Positions 55,602-64,000 of a stretch of 64,000 nucleotides of DNA are shown here, in pieces (within the stretch, counting starts at the first letter, position 1; the number at the start of each line of letters is the position of its first letter). A program made the position numbers and the translations under genes. Below the pieces are notes generated by a model. It was not told the DNA's origin and ran no database searches. It saw only the letters and a program-made list of their open reading frames with translations. The stretch is from Escherichia coli (lineage in GTDB: Bacteria > Pseudomonadota > Gammaproteobacteria > Enterobacterales > Enterobacteriaceae): assembly GCF_016903815.1 (NCBI RefSeq), contig NZ_CP069974.1, one strand, 5' to 3'.

Positions 55602-57740
55602 TCAAGCGATACGGGCAACCGAGCTCTGGTTTGCTGCCGGTGGCAGGGCGATGAGCTTGTCACATTCCATAATCACGTACTCCGGGATGAGATCGAATCT
55701 GGACGGATCTAGTTGACAGATGAACTCATTTTCAATGTGGTACGTTTCGTTAACGAATTTTCGTATTACCGGATGGTCCTGATCCAGTTCCAGTAAACGG
55801 AATACCTGCAGTTTTTCATAGCCGTTACGACAGCGACGGTACAGGTTTTTTATTTCATCTGGGCTGCTGACGAGAGCCTGAAGTCGCGGGTAATCAAAAC
55901 TGTCCACATACTCCCGGATATCCCGCAAGGCCTGCTGAATTTTCTCAGGAGCCATTTTGGGATAGCCCGAGCCCGCAGCGGCAGGCTCGCGATAATCCAG
56001 CGGGGCGACGCGTCGATGGAATAGATTGGATAGAAGCTGATAAGCATCACCACGTTCGTCAACGATTTCAAAGTAGCGACGAAGATAGATGAGCTTAATG
56101 ATCTCCTCACAGTCTGCTGACGCGGTGATGGATTTGCAGATCTGCATGAATGTCATGATATCGCCGTCGTTAACAGGTAATTCTTCTATGACTCCAGCAG
56201 ACAGGCGCAGGCAGGAGGCGGTCACCTGATTACTGAACAACCTTCTGACTGACTTCAGCGTGTCAATCACAGGCTCCACGTCATGCGTCAGCATAAGTAC
56301 AGTCCGGTTCTTCAGGCATTCACCACTTGCACGTCTGAACAGCATTTCAAGAATGGCAAACTTCTTGTTTTTATCAAAAGAAGATATGGGATCATCAAGG
56401 ATAATCAGTCCCGGGTTTTTTGACAGGCATTCATACATGAATAACACAATCGCAAAGGCGTTCCGTTCTCCATAGCTGAGATGCTGGCTACCGCCGCTGA
56501 CGTACCCGTCAAAATCTATGTGTCGTAGCCTGAGTTTTCTCTGCTCTCCCTCGCCGGCTATATCCACCCTGTATTTATAGCCTGCATAAGTGAGGAAATT
56601 ATTGATGTTTGTTTTGTGCTGTGCGATCAGCCGGATCATGCTGTCCCGGTGCCGGTTAATTTTTCCCTGCAGCGGTCCGGCAAGGTTTATCAGGTCCATA
56701 AGGGCCGCGTTCAGTCTGTCGGTGATCCCCTGCATGAGTTCGGATTGCAGATCAGGGAAGAACTGCAGGTCAATCAACCTGGCAGTGAGCACCTCCCGAA
56801 CGTTCTGCTGTTCCTGCAGGCTGAAAACATTCAGGCCTCTCAGCGCAGTGAGTTTCTCTGTCAGCGTATCGGTCTGGCGTTTCAACGCCACTAGGTACTC
56901 GATATGTTCGGCTTCCGGACCGTTCTGAAGCATAGTAATGGCCAGAAGGCGTTCTCTGGCGCTCTCCGTCAGGTAATTACCGAGGTTTTCCACCAGTCTG
57001 ATGATAGCGGTCAGGTTTTTAATGGTGGATTTATCGTATTCCTCTCTGACTTGGCGAATTTGTGCTTCCTTTCCCGTGATATCACCGGTACAGAACGGAC
57101 AGCAGCCATCCGAAAGGGGCGAAAACTCGAGTCCCTTTGTCTGCCAGTCAATCCATTCCACGCGGCGTTCACTGCGGATGTAGGGTTGATAGTTCTCAAG
57201 ACCAGCCGGAATGTGGTGTATTTTATTTCCGCCTGACAGACCTCTCATGCCGGTTGAAGAACGTGAAATCCCGGAACTGGTTGATTTGAAAGCATTACTG
57301 AGTTCCTGTAGATGGTCTATCAGAGAGTTCAGCTCAGTGTGATCCGTGAAAACAGCCCGGATCTTTTGCGTCATTTCTTCTATTTCACGCTCTCTTTCCG
57401 CATGGGCTTGATTGCGGATAAGAATATTAAAGCTGTCACTGATGAGCTCGTCCGGTTGGAACGTAAACTGACTGACGTACTCCTCGTTGAAGCACATCAC
57501 GTCCCCAATCCCGTCAGCACCGATGACAATGGGCCCGGTGCTATCGGGGTTTTCTCCGCGCAGCCGGAAGGGCATCAGTGCCTGTAGTCCCTGAATGTCG
57601 TCCCGCGCCGCACAGCTTATGGCCCGTGACAGCGTACTTTTTCCAGTACCATTTGGCGCAAACTTAATGTTCAGTTTATCGGCAGTGAGGGTGATATGTG
57701 CTCGTACGATGTTATTGCAGTGGCGTATTTCAATGTCCAT
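55602..57740 (-). CDS. RloC/Rad50-like ABC ATPase with CxxC hook insert (candidate anticodon nuclease)
   Basis: Walker A APNGTGKST at the N-terminus, long coiled-coil-like insert with CCPFCTGD (CxxC), signature-like LSYGER, Walker B LIILDDP, C-terminal LRRYFEI...H region reminiscent of PrrC/RloC. Confidence 0.45.
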   Translation of the reverse strand: MDIEIRHCNNIVRAHITLTADKLNIKFAPNGTGKSTLSRAISCAARDDIQGLQALMPFRLRGENPDSTGPIVIGADGIGDVMCFNEEYVSQFTFQPDELISDSFNILIRNQAHAEREREIEEMTQKIRAVFTDHTELNSLIDHLQELSNAFKSTSSGISRSSTGMRGLSGGNKIHHIPAGLENYQPYIRSERRVEWIDWQTKGLEFSPLSDGCCPFCTGDITGKEAQIRQVREEYDKSTIKNLTAIIRLVENLGNYLTESARERLLAITMLQNGPEAEHIEYLVALKRQTDTLTEKLTALRGLNVFSLQEQQNVREVLTARLIDLQFFPDLQSELMQGITDRLNAALMDLINLAGPLQGKINRHRDSMIRLIAQHKTNINNFLTYAGYKYRVDIAGEGEQRKLRLRHIDFDGYVSGGSQHLSYGERNAFAIVLFMYECLSKNPGLIILDDPISSFDKNKKFAILEMLFRRASGECLKNRTVLMLTHDVEPVIDTLKSVRRLFSNQVTASCLRLSAGVIEELPVNDGDIMTFMQICKSITASADCEEIIKLIYLRRYFEIVDERGDAYQLLSNLFHRRVAPLDYREPAAAGSGYPKMAPEKIQQALRDIREYVDSFDYPRLQALVSSPDEIKNLYRRCRNGYEKLQVFRLLELDQDHPVIRKFVNETYHIENEFICQLDPSRFDLIPEYVIMECDKLIALPPAANQSSVARIA

Positions 57741-57887
57741 TTATCTGTCCTTTGCCAGTTATTCCGGGGGGATTCATATCCTGCCGCAAAATGTGCCCGC
57801 ATGCTGTGATGCAGATACATAATACATTTCGTTTATACCATTGCTTACACCTCTCCGAGATGTTCATATCAGAAACAAAGATTAGGT

Positions 57888-58020
57888 CGATCCGACTTTT
57901 ACTTTTTTCGGATCTCTGGAGAGGGGAAGAAGGATTTGTGCTGATGATGCAATACTAATGATATATTTTGAACTTAATTGCATTATTGCTTATCTGGCAT
58001 TAATAACTGAAATACTTTGC
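57888..58020 (+). repeat. island repeat R copy 3
   Basis: GATCCGActtttacttttttCGGATC hairpin, CTGGAGAGGGGAAGAAGG tract, mini-ORF ATGATGCAATACTAA, ATTATTGCTTATCTGGCA...GCATAATTA. Confidence 0.6.
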
Positions 58021-58204
58021 ATAATTATCAATGAAAGAACGAGGCTCATATTTCCCATGTAAATTATATGCCCTTGCAGAGAGCGAGACGGTAGTGAACT
58101 TGCGGCACTAATAATAAACTGTACCGACTCTTCCCGGGCACTGGAATGTTCAGATGTACGACAGAGCCCCGCGCCTTTTGCAATAAATAATTAAAGGACT
58201 GAAC

Positions 58205-59200
58205 ATGGCGACCACAGTAATAGCTGCCTTTAACGAATTTATGAAAGATACCGTGAATCTCAAAAAGGCAGATACCGATGACGCGCGTGCAAGTCGCGAC
58301 TGGCTTATCGGTAAGATGAATGATTTTGAGAAGGACGATAAATTTCCGGTGAGTTTTCCAGCGATCCATATTGCCTTTGGCTCCTTTGCCAGAAGAACCA
58401 AAATCCGTCCGCTTGATGATATCGATCTGATGTTTGGCTTAACCGGGCAAGGTGCCACCTATACCATCCTGAGTGACCGGATAACTGTAACCTCCTCCGG
58501 AGAGGGGTCACGTCTGCACAGTTACCGCCATTCCGGAGCTGACACCGTCTGCTCCGTCAGAATTCTGAATGCCTTTAAAAACCGCCTGCAGGACATTGCC
58601 CAGTACGCCCAGGCTGATATCAGGCGTAACCAGGAAGCTGTCACGCTGAAACTGGTCAGCAAGGACTGGAATTTTGACATCGTCCCCTGCTTTATTACCA
58701 GCGAAGATGCCTTTGGACGGACTTACTACCTGATCCCCGATGGCAACGGCCACTGGAAGTTTACCGACCCCCGTAAAGACAGGGACAGAGTCACTACTAT
58801 CAATGTGCAGAATAACGGCAATGTGCTCAATGTCATCAGAGCAGTCAAATACTGGCAGCGGCGACCGACGATGCCATCCATGAGTTCCTACCTGCTGGAA
58901 ACGCTGATTCTGGACTATTACGCTGGCAGGACATCCTGCTCATCGTTTGTTGACATGGAGCTGGAAGCGCTTTTCCGCCACCTTGGTCAATCCGTGCGGT
59001 ACTCTGTCAACGATCCCAAAGGCATACAGGGTGATATCAACTCACTTTCAGCCGAGGCACGTAAGGCGATATCGGACAGATGTTATCTCGATGCGCAAAA
59101 GGTATCGGAGGCGAGATGGTTTGAAAATAATAAAGAGTATGAAAAATCCATCAATAAATGGCGCGATGTGTTCGGGCCATTCTTTCCTGTTTACGGGTGA
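58205..59200 (+). CDS. CD-NTase/SMODS-like nucleotidyltransferase (CBASS-type cyclase candidate)
   Basis: GS-x11-DID nucleotidyltransferase motif FGSFARRTKIRPLDDIDLMF and downstream third Asp KDWNFDIVPCF; 331 aa. Confidence 0.6.
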   Translation: MATTVIAAFNEFMKDTVNLKKADTDDARASRDWLIGKMNDFEKDDKFPVSFPAIHIAFGSFARRTKIRPLDDIDLMFGLTGQGATYTILSDRITVTSSGEGSRLHSYRHSGADTVCSVRILNAFKNRLQDIAQYAQADIRRNQEAVTLKLVSKDWNFDIVPCFITSEDAFGRTYYLIPDGNGHWKFTDPRKDRDRVTTINVQNNGNVLNVIRAVKYWQRRPTMPSMSSYLLETLILDYYAGRTSCSSFVDMELEALFRHLGQSVRYSVNDPKGIQGDINSLSAEARKAISDRCYLDAQKVSEARWFENNKEYEKSINKWRDVFGPFFPVYG

Positions 59201-59203
59201 ATC

Positions 59204-60136
59204 ATGAATGCCATTTACACAAACCAGTCGACCAGAGAAAACATGGATTTACTGTATGCGCAGGCCCGTGTCTACGACAGGGTAAAAAACTGGAACAGAC
59301 TGAATTTTCTCTTCAGCATCATCGTACCGCTCCTGCTTTCTTTCGTTACCGTATACAACCGGAGCCGGGAATTTGTCGATTCAGAGTTGTTGTCTTCGCT
59401 GTTGGGGTTATATGGACTCCTGGTGCTTACCTTTAACATTGTTATCAGTGGACACATCTCGGCTCTGCGCAGGAAGGCAGCCTCAATCCAGGAAATGTAC
59501 GACTGCCGGGTACTTGGCATCCGGCGTAATGAACTGAAGGTGGAGGAGATCCCACGGGATGACATCATCCGGGAAGCTGCATATTTTAGAGACAGCCCGG
59601 AAAAAGCACGAAAGCGATTTGGCGAAGAGGGGTGGTACGTCAGTAAGGTGTATGACGCGCCGCAGGCCGTAATGGCGCTCCTTTGCCACGGAAAAAATCT
59701 CGGCTGGGACAAATCGCTCAGGGAGGTTCTGCACGTATTTTATCTTTCCGCTTTTATTGTCTCGCCTGTCGCGATGCTTGTTTACGGCATCGTCATGAAA
59801 TCCGGGCTGAATGAGATCCTCTTCTATGTGGTGTTCACACTGCCGGTCATCCGCTATTTCTTGCTTCAGTTTCTGGATAATCGCAGCAGTATGAAAAGAA
59901 GCGAGAAGCTGAAAAAGTACGTTGAGAAGGAATTATCCGGCATAAGGGTGTCCGGAAGGGCAGAAGAAGAGCAACTGGCTTATACGCTCCGGAATATCCA
60001 AGATGAGATGTTTACCTACCGGGCCTCATGTCCGCCCGTACCCAACGGTATTCAGCTGATAATGAAGCCCAAAAATGAACGAATTTATGTTGATTACTTT
60101 GAAACAAATCTGAAGGAGCTGCACCTTCAGAAGTAA
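59204..60136 (+). CDS. 4-TM effector-like membrane protein (2TM-loop-2TM) coupled to the nucleotidyltransferase
   Basis: Starts 4 bp after the NTase stop; hydrophobic segments around residues 30-50, 60-85, 198-222 and 228-248. Confidence 0.55.
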   Translation: MNAIYTNQSTRENMDLLYAQARVYDRVKNWNRLNFLFSIIVPLLLSFVTVYNRSREFVDSELLSSLLGLYGLLVLTFNIVISGHISALRRKAASIQEMYDCRVLGIRRNELKVEEIPRDDIIREAAYFRDSPEKARKRFGEEGWYVSKVYDAPQAVMALLCHGKNLGWDKSLREVLHVFYLSAFIVSPVAMLVYGIVMKSGLNEILFYVVFTLPVIRYFLLQFLDNRSSMKRSEKLKKYVEKELSGIRVSGRAEEEQLAYTLRNIQDEMFTYRASCPPVPNGIQLIMKPKNERIYVDYFETNLKELHLQK

Positions 60137-60272
60137 TCCCTCCTTAGCTCCGGTGTAGGATTTACGTATGCCGGAGCACATCCGATAAACAATTCTTGGT
60201 TGCCTGAGTGTCAGCGTAAACCCATAGTCACCTTCGCCTCAGACGGTTAGTAACACAGGTAATGACTCCAAC

Positions 60273-60776
60273 TTACTGATAGTGTTTTATGTTCAGATAA
60301 TGCCCGATGACTTTGTCATGCAGCTCCACCGATTTTGAGAACGACAGCGACTTCCGTCCCAGCCGTGCCAGGTGCTGCCTCAGATTCAGGTTATGCCGCT
60401 CAATTCGCTGAGTGTAACGCTTGCTGATTACGTGCAGCTTTCCTTTCAGGCGGGATTCATACAGCGGCCAGCCATCCGTCATCCATATCACCACGTCAAA
60501 GGGTGACAGCAGGCTCATAAGACGCCCCAGCGTCGCCATAGTGCGTTCACCGAATACGTGCGCAACAACCGTCTTCCGGAGCCTGTCATACGCGTAAAAC
60601 AGCCAGCGCTGGCGCGATTTAGCCCCGACGTATCCCCACTGTTCGTCCATTTCCGCGCAGACGATGACGTCACTGCCCGGCTGTATGCGCGAGGTTACCG
60701 ACTGCAGCCTGAGTTTTTTAAGTGACGTAAAATCGTGTTGAGGCCAACGCCCATAATGCGGGCTGTTGCCCGGCAT
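60273..60776 (-). CDS. insB: IS1 InsB
   Basis: 167 aa matching IS1 InsB. Confidence 0.9.
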   Translation of the reverse strand: MPGNSPHYGRWPQHDFTSLKKLRLQSVTSRIQPGSDVIVCAEMDEQWGYVGAKSRQRWLFYAYDRLRKTVVAHVFGERTMATLGRLMSLLSPFDVVIWMTDGWPLYESRLKGKLHVISKRYTQRIERHNLNLRQHLARLGRKSLSFSKSVELHDKVIGHYLNIKHYQ

Positions 60777-60970
60777 CCAACGCCATTCATGGCCATATCA
60801 ATGATTTTCTGGTGCGTACCGGGTTGAGAAGCGGTGTAAGTGAACTGCAGTTGCCATGTTTTACGGCAGTGAGAGCAGAGATAGCGCTGATGTCCGGCAG
60901 TGCTTTTGCCGTTACGCACCACCCCGTCAGTAGCTGAACAGGAGGGACAGCTGATAGAAACAGAAGCCAC
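60695..60970 (-). CDS. insA: IS1 InsA
   Basis: 91 aa [43 protein letters not shown]... matches IS1 InsA. Confidence 0.9.
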   Translation of the reverse strand: MASVSISCPSCSATDGVVRNGKSTAGHQRYLCSHCRKTWQLQFTYTASQPGTHQKIIDMAMNGVGCRATARIMGVGLNTILRHLKNSGCSR

Positions 60971-61183
60971 AGGAGCACCTCAAAAACACCATCATACACT
61001 AAATCAGTAAGTTGGCAGCATCACCGGCATTCAAAATCATTATGGCCGCGATCTATTTCTGGCTGTTCTCTATCACTTTTGGCGGCATCGTCGCTCATGG
61101 GTAAGGGGAGTATATTAGCCATTTGGAACCCCACGGTCTCTTGCGGGTTTAATTAAGAACCCGCAAGAAAAACACGAATTGGG

Positions 61184-64000
61184 CTATATTTTTCCGCCTA
61201 CGCCTTTAAACTTCTCAATAAACGAGACGATTTTCTGGAAAACTGCCTGTTTTTTCGTTTTATATTGCGGGTTTAACGGACTAAGTTTTGGTAATGTCTC
61301 GTTTAATTCTGTGCCATTTTCGGTGGCGTATTCGCGTTTTAAAGACGTGCGAATATAGCGTTTCGCCGCCTCTTCATTGAGATTTTCTTCTTTAATCAAC
61401 GCTTCTGCTTCACGTAGCTGTTCGTGTTGAGCAAAGGTAAAGAACGCGTCAATGATGCTGGCTTTGTCTGGTAAATCATCCAGGTTCGTTTGCTGAATAA
61501 AATCGACCACCAGGCCCTCTTTCGCCCGGTTCCCCAGGCTTGAACGAATTAAGCGTTTGACCTCTTCGATCATTTCGCCCTTGCCTTTATTTTGTCTGTT
61601 ATGTTCGAAAATCAGTCCAAGGATATAATCCAGGTTTATTTCCTGAGACTTCAGCAAATCGACCTCAAAAACCACGTCATCCCAGTCAGTGGTTGATTTC
61701 TCTTTTTTCTCAGCTTCTTTCTCACGGCGCTGCCAGTCGCGAATATCGTTATAGGCAGAACGATAATCCTGAATCTTGCGATCAGCAGGGAGACGAATTG
61801 TTTGCAATTCAGCGAGCTTTTCATCATCCACATAATGTTCTGCTTTGAATTTTTCTACTGCAACAGGATCGCTAAGATCGATTTGTTGCAGGGCTTTCAG
61901 CGTGGCAAATTCATCATAGTTTTGCAGGATGTTCTCGGTACGCAGGTATTCACCAAACAGTTTTACGAAGTCTTTCTTCTCTTTTTCACTTTCAATACTG
62001 GCAGGGTCAGGGAACCGTTGTTCCAGTTCTGCAACTACTGCCATAAAGCCGCGCTTAGCTTCACCAGTAGCAGCATCAGTAAAGCCTTCCATATACTCTG
62101 CATAACTCTTTTCTAACACTACATTTTTGGTGTTTTTGTCACCAAACAGCGTTATGGCATCAATAGTTGAGCGTTCCAGATCCCGGAAAGTGACGATATT
62201 ACCGAAGGTTTTAGTGGCGTCATAAATGCGGTTGGTGCGGGAAAATGCCTGCATCAGGCCGTGAAAACGTAAGTTTTTATCGACGAATAGCGTGTTCAAT
62301 GTTGGAGCATCGAAGCCGGTTAAGAACATCCCCACGACAATTAGCAGATCGATATCCTGATTTTTAACCCGCTGGGCTAAATCACGATAGTAGTTCTGAA
62401 AACCGTTACTGTCGGTGCTAAAGTTAGTTTTAAAATGGCTGTTATATTCACGAATTGCAGCGTCCAGAAACTCTTTAGCACTGCTGTCCATTGCGCTGGT
62501 ATCAAAAGTTTCATCGGAAATCTCACCAATGGCATTTTGTTCTTCATTGGCGGCAAAGGAGAAGATTGTCGCAATACGCAGCGGTTTATAGGTAGCCGAT
62601 TTATTAGCGGCTTCTTCTTGTAACCGTTTAAACGTCGCATAATAGGCTTTCGCGGCATCCACGCTGCTCACTGCCAACATAGCATTAAAACCTTTTGAGC
62701 CAGGGAAGGTACGGTGAGTTTTCTGGCGGAAATTATTCAGAATATATTGCGTAATTTCCTGTATACGCATGGGATGAAGAAACGCCTGCTGATTTTCAGC
62801 CGCACTCAGTTTTTTCTCGTCGGTTTCTGTCTCTAAAGACTTAAACTGTGGCCGCACATCGTTGTAGTCCACCTTGAATTTAAGCACTTTTTCATCTCGA
62901 ATCGCATCGGTAATAACATATGAATGCAATTCACGACCAAATACGCTGGCGGTTGTTTCTGAGCCTAAGGCGTTTTCCGGGAAAATAGGGGTACCGGTAA
63001 AACCAAACTGATAATAGCGTTTGAATTTCTTCTTCAGGTTTTTCTGTGCTTCTCCAAACTGGCTGCGGTGGCATTCATCAAATATAAACACCACTTGCTG
63101 ATTGTATACAGGCAGGTCGCTTTCTGCTTTCATCAGGTTATTGAGTTTCTGAATAGTGGTGACGATAATTTTGTTATCATCCTTATCCAGATTTCGTTTA
63201 AGACCTGCGGTATTTTCCGATCCATTGACACTGTCTGGCGAAAAACGCTGATATTCCTTCATGGTCTGGTAATCGAGGTCTTTCCTGTCGACCACAAAGA
63301 AGACTTTATCAATAAAGTCCAGTTCTGTTGCCAGACGCGCGGCTTTAAAGCTGGTCAGGGTTTTACCAGAACCGGTAGTGTGCCAGATAAAGCCACCACT
63401 TTCGGGGGTAGACCAGTTTTTCGCTTTATAGGAGCTGTTGATTTTCCATAAGATACGCTCAGTGGCGGCAATCTGGTACGGTCGCATCACCAGTAGCGTC
63501 TGGCTACTGTCAAAAACGCTGTAGTTCACCAGAACATTCAGCAGAGTATGTTTCTGGAAAAAGGTAGCGGTAAAGTCTTTGAGGTCTTTAATCAGCGTGT
63601 TGTCTGATTTTGCCCAATTCATGGTGAAGTCAAAACTGTTTTTATCGCGCTTTGTCGTGTTGGCAAAATAATGGGTATCGGTGCCGTTAGAAATGACAAA
63701 CAGTTGCAGATACTTAAACAGGGAATTTTCGCTGTTAAAACTCTCTTTACTGTAACGATGTATCTGGTTGAAAGCCTCACGAATCGCCACCCCGCGTTTT
63801 TTTAGTTCGATTTGCACCAGCGGTAAACCATTAACCAGGATCGTGACGTCATAACGGTTAGCATGAGAACCCGTCTGTTCAAACTGCTGGATAATCTGCA
63901 CCTTATTGCGCATGAGATTCTTTTTATCTATCAAATAGATGTTCTCAAGACGCTCGTCATCAAAAATAAAGTCGCAAATATAGTCGATATGGATTTTACG
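61184..64000 (-). CDS. hsdR: type I restriction enzyme R subunit HsdR, C-terminal ~916 aa (5' end outside window)
   Basis: Helicase motifs [22 protein letters not shown] (DEAH-like), QAFSRTNR; ORF continues past the window end. Confidence 0.85.
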   Translation of the reverse strand, partial: RKIHIDYICDFIFDDERLENIYLIDKKNLMRNKVQIIQQFEQTGSHANRYDVTILVNGLPLVQIELKKRGVAIREAFNQIHRYSKESFNSENSLFKYLQLFVISNGTDTHYFANTTKRDKNSFDFTMNWAKSDNTLIKDLKDFTATFFQKHTLLNVLVNYSVFDSSQTLLVMRPYQIAATERILWKINSSYKAKNWSTPESGGFIWHTTGSGKTLTSFKAARLATELDFIDKVFFVVDRKDLDYQTMKEYQRFSPDSVNGSENTAGLKRNLDKDDNKIIVTTIQKLNNLMKAESDLPVYNQQVVFIFDECHRSQFGEAQKNLKKKFKRYYQFGFTGTPIFPENALGSETTASVFGRELHSYVITDAIRDEKVLKFKVDYNDVRPQFKSLETETDEKKLSAAENQQAFLHPMRIQEITQYILNNFRQKTHRTFPGSKGFNAMLAVSSVDAAKAYYATFKRLQEEAANKSATYKPLRIATIFSFAANEEQNAIGEISDETFDTSAMDSSAKEFLDAAIREYNSHFKTNFSTDSNGFQNYYRDLAQRVKNQDIDLLIVVGMFLTGFDAPTLNTLFVDKNLRFHGLMQAFSRTNRIYDATKTFGNIVTFRDLERSTIDAITLFGDKNTKNVVLEKSYAEYMEGFTDAATGEAKRGFMAVVAELEQRFPDPASIESEKEKKDFVKLFGEYLRTENILQNYDEFATLKALQQIDLSDPVAVEKFKAEHYVDDEKLAELQTIRLPADRKIQDYRSAYNDIRDWQRREKEAEKKEKSTTDWDDVVFEVDLLKSQEINLDYILGLIFEHNRQNKGKGEMIEEVKRLIRSSLGNRAKEGLVVDFIQQTNLDDLPDKASIIDAFFTFAQHEQLREAEALIKEENLNEEAAKRYIRTSLKREYATENGTELNETLPKLSPLNPQYKTKKQAVFQKIVSFIEKFKGVGGKI

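Larger units (their letters stand above)
60257..61025 (-). mobile_element. IS1
   Basis: Ends GGTAATGACTCCAACTTACTGAT (60257-) and reverse complement of GGTGATGCTGCCAACTTACTGAT (-61025); InsA and InsB ORFs. Confidence 0.9.

Noticed and set aside
61140-61170. Perfect 10-bp-stem hairpin CTTGCGGGTT...AACCCGCAAG downstream of hsdR
   Set aside because: On the hsdR (minus) strand the U-run precedes rather than follows the stem, and on the plus strand the stem is followed by A residues, so it does not fit a canonical rho-independent terminator in either direction; function left open.

Overview
This window reads as a segment of an F-like (RepFIA) conjugative plasmid, identified by recall of F/R100 protein and site sequences; nothing here was searched against a database. 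Left to right: (1) a partial DUF3883-like gene cut by IS26 (935-1754). (2) A decayed F-type tra region on the minus strand: traI, traD and traU fragments fused by deletions, a traW fragment, a 3'-truncated traC, then intact-looking traR, traV, trbD/G, traP, traB, traK, traE, traL, traA, traY, traJ and traM, ending at oriT (about 14.3-14.7 kb). (3) A leading region (14.7-42.5 kb) with gene X, orf273, orf95, hok, psiA, psiB, a ParB-like gene, ssb, two orphan methyltransferases, an ArdB/KlcA-like gene and small unknown genes. It is heavily colonised by retroelements: three near-identical group II introns, each abutting a ~0.57-kb GC-rich repeat just upstream of a leading gene, a fourth LtrA-like group II intron splitting ssb in sense orientation, and IS150 inserted next to hok. 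(4) sopABC partition, repE with incC and ori2 iterons, resD and ccdAB. (5) An AT-rich accessory island (about 49.2-60.2 kb) carrying a DUF3800-like gene with a small HTH gene, a 1039-aa four-TM protein of unknown function, vapBC, an RloC/Rad50-like ABC ATPase with a CxxC hook, and a minimal CBASS-like pair, separated by a recurring ~120-bp repeat with a GATCCG/CGGATC hairpin. (6) IS1 and the 3' part of a type I hsdR running off the window. The best candidates for something undescribed are the 1039-aa membrane protein, the repeat-delimited modular island, and the association of the triplicated intron with the structured repeats upstream of leading genes.
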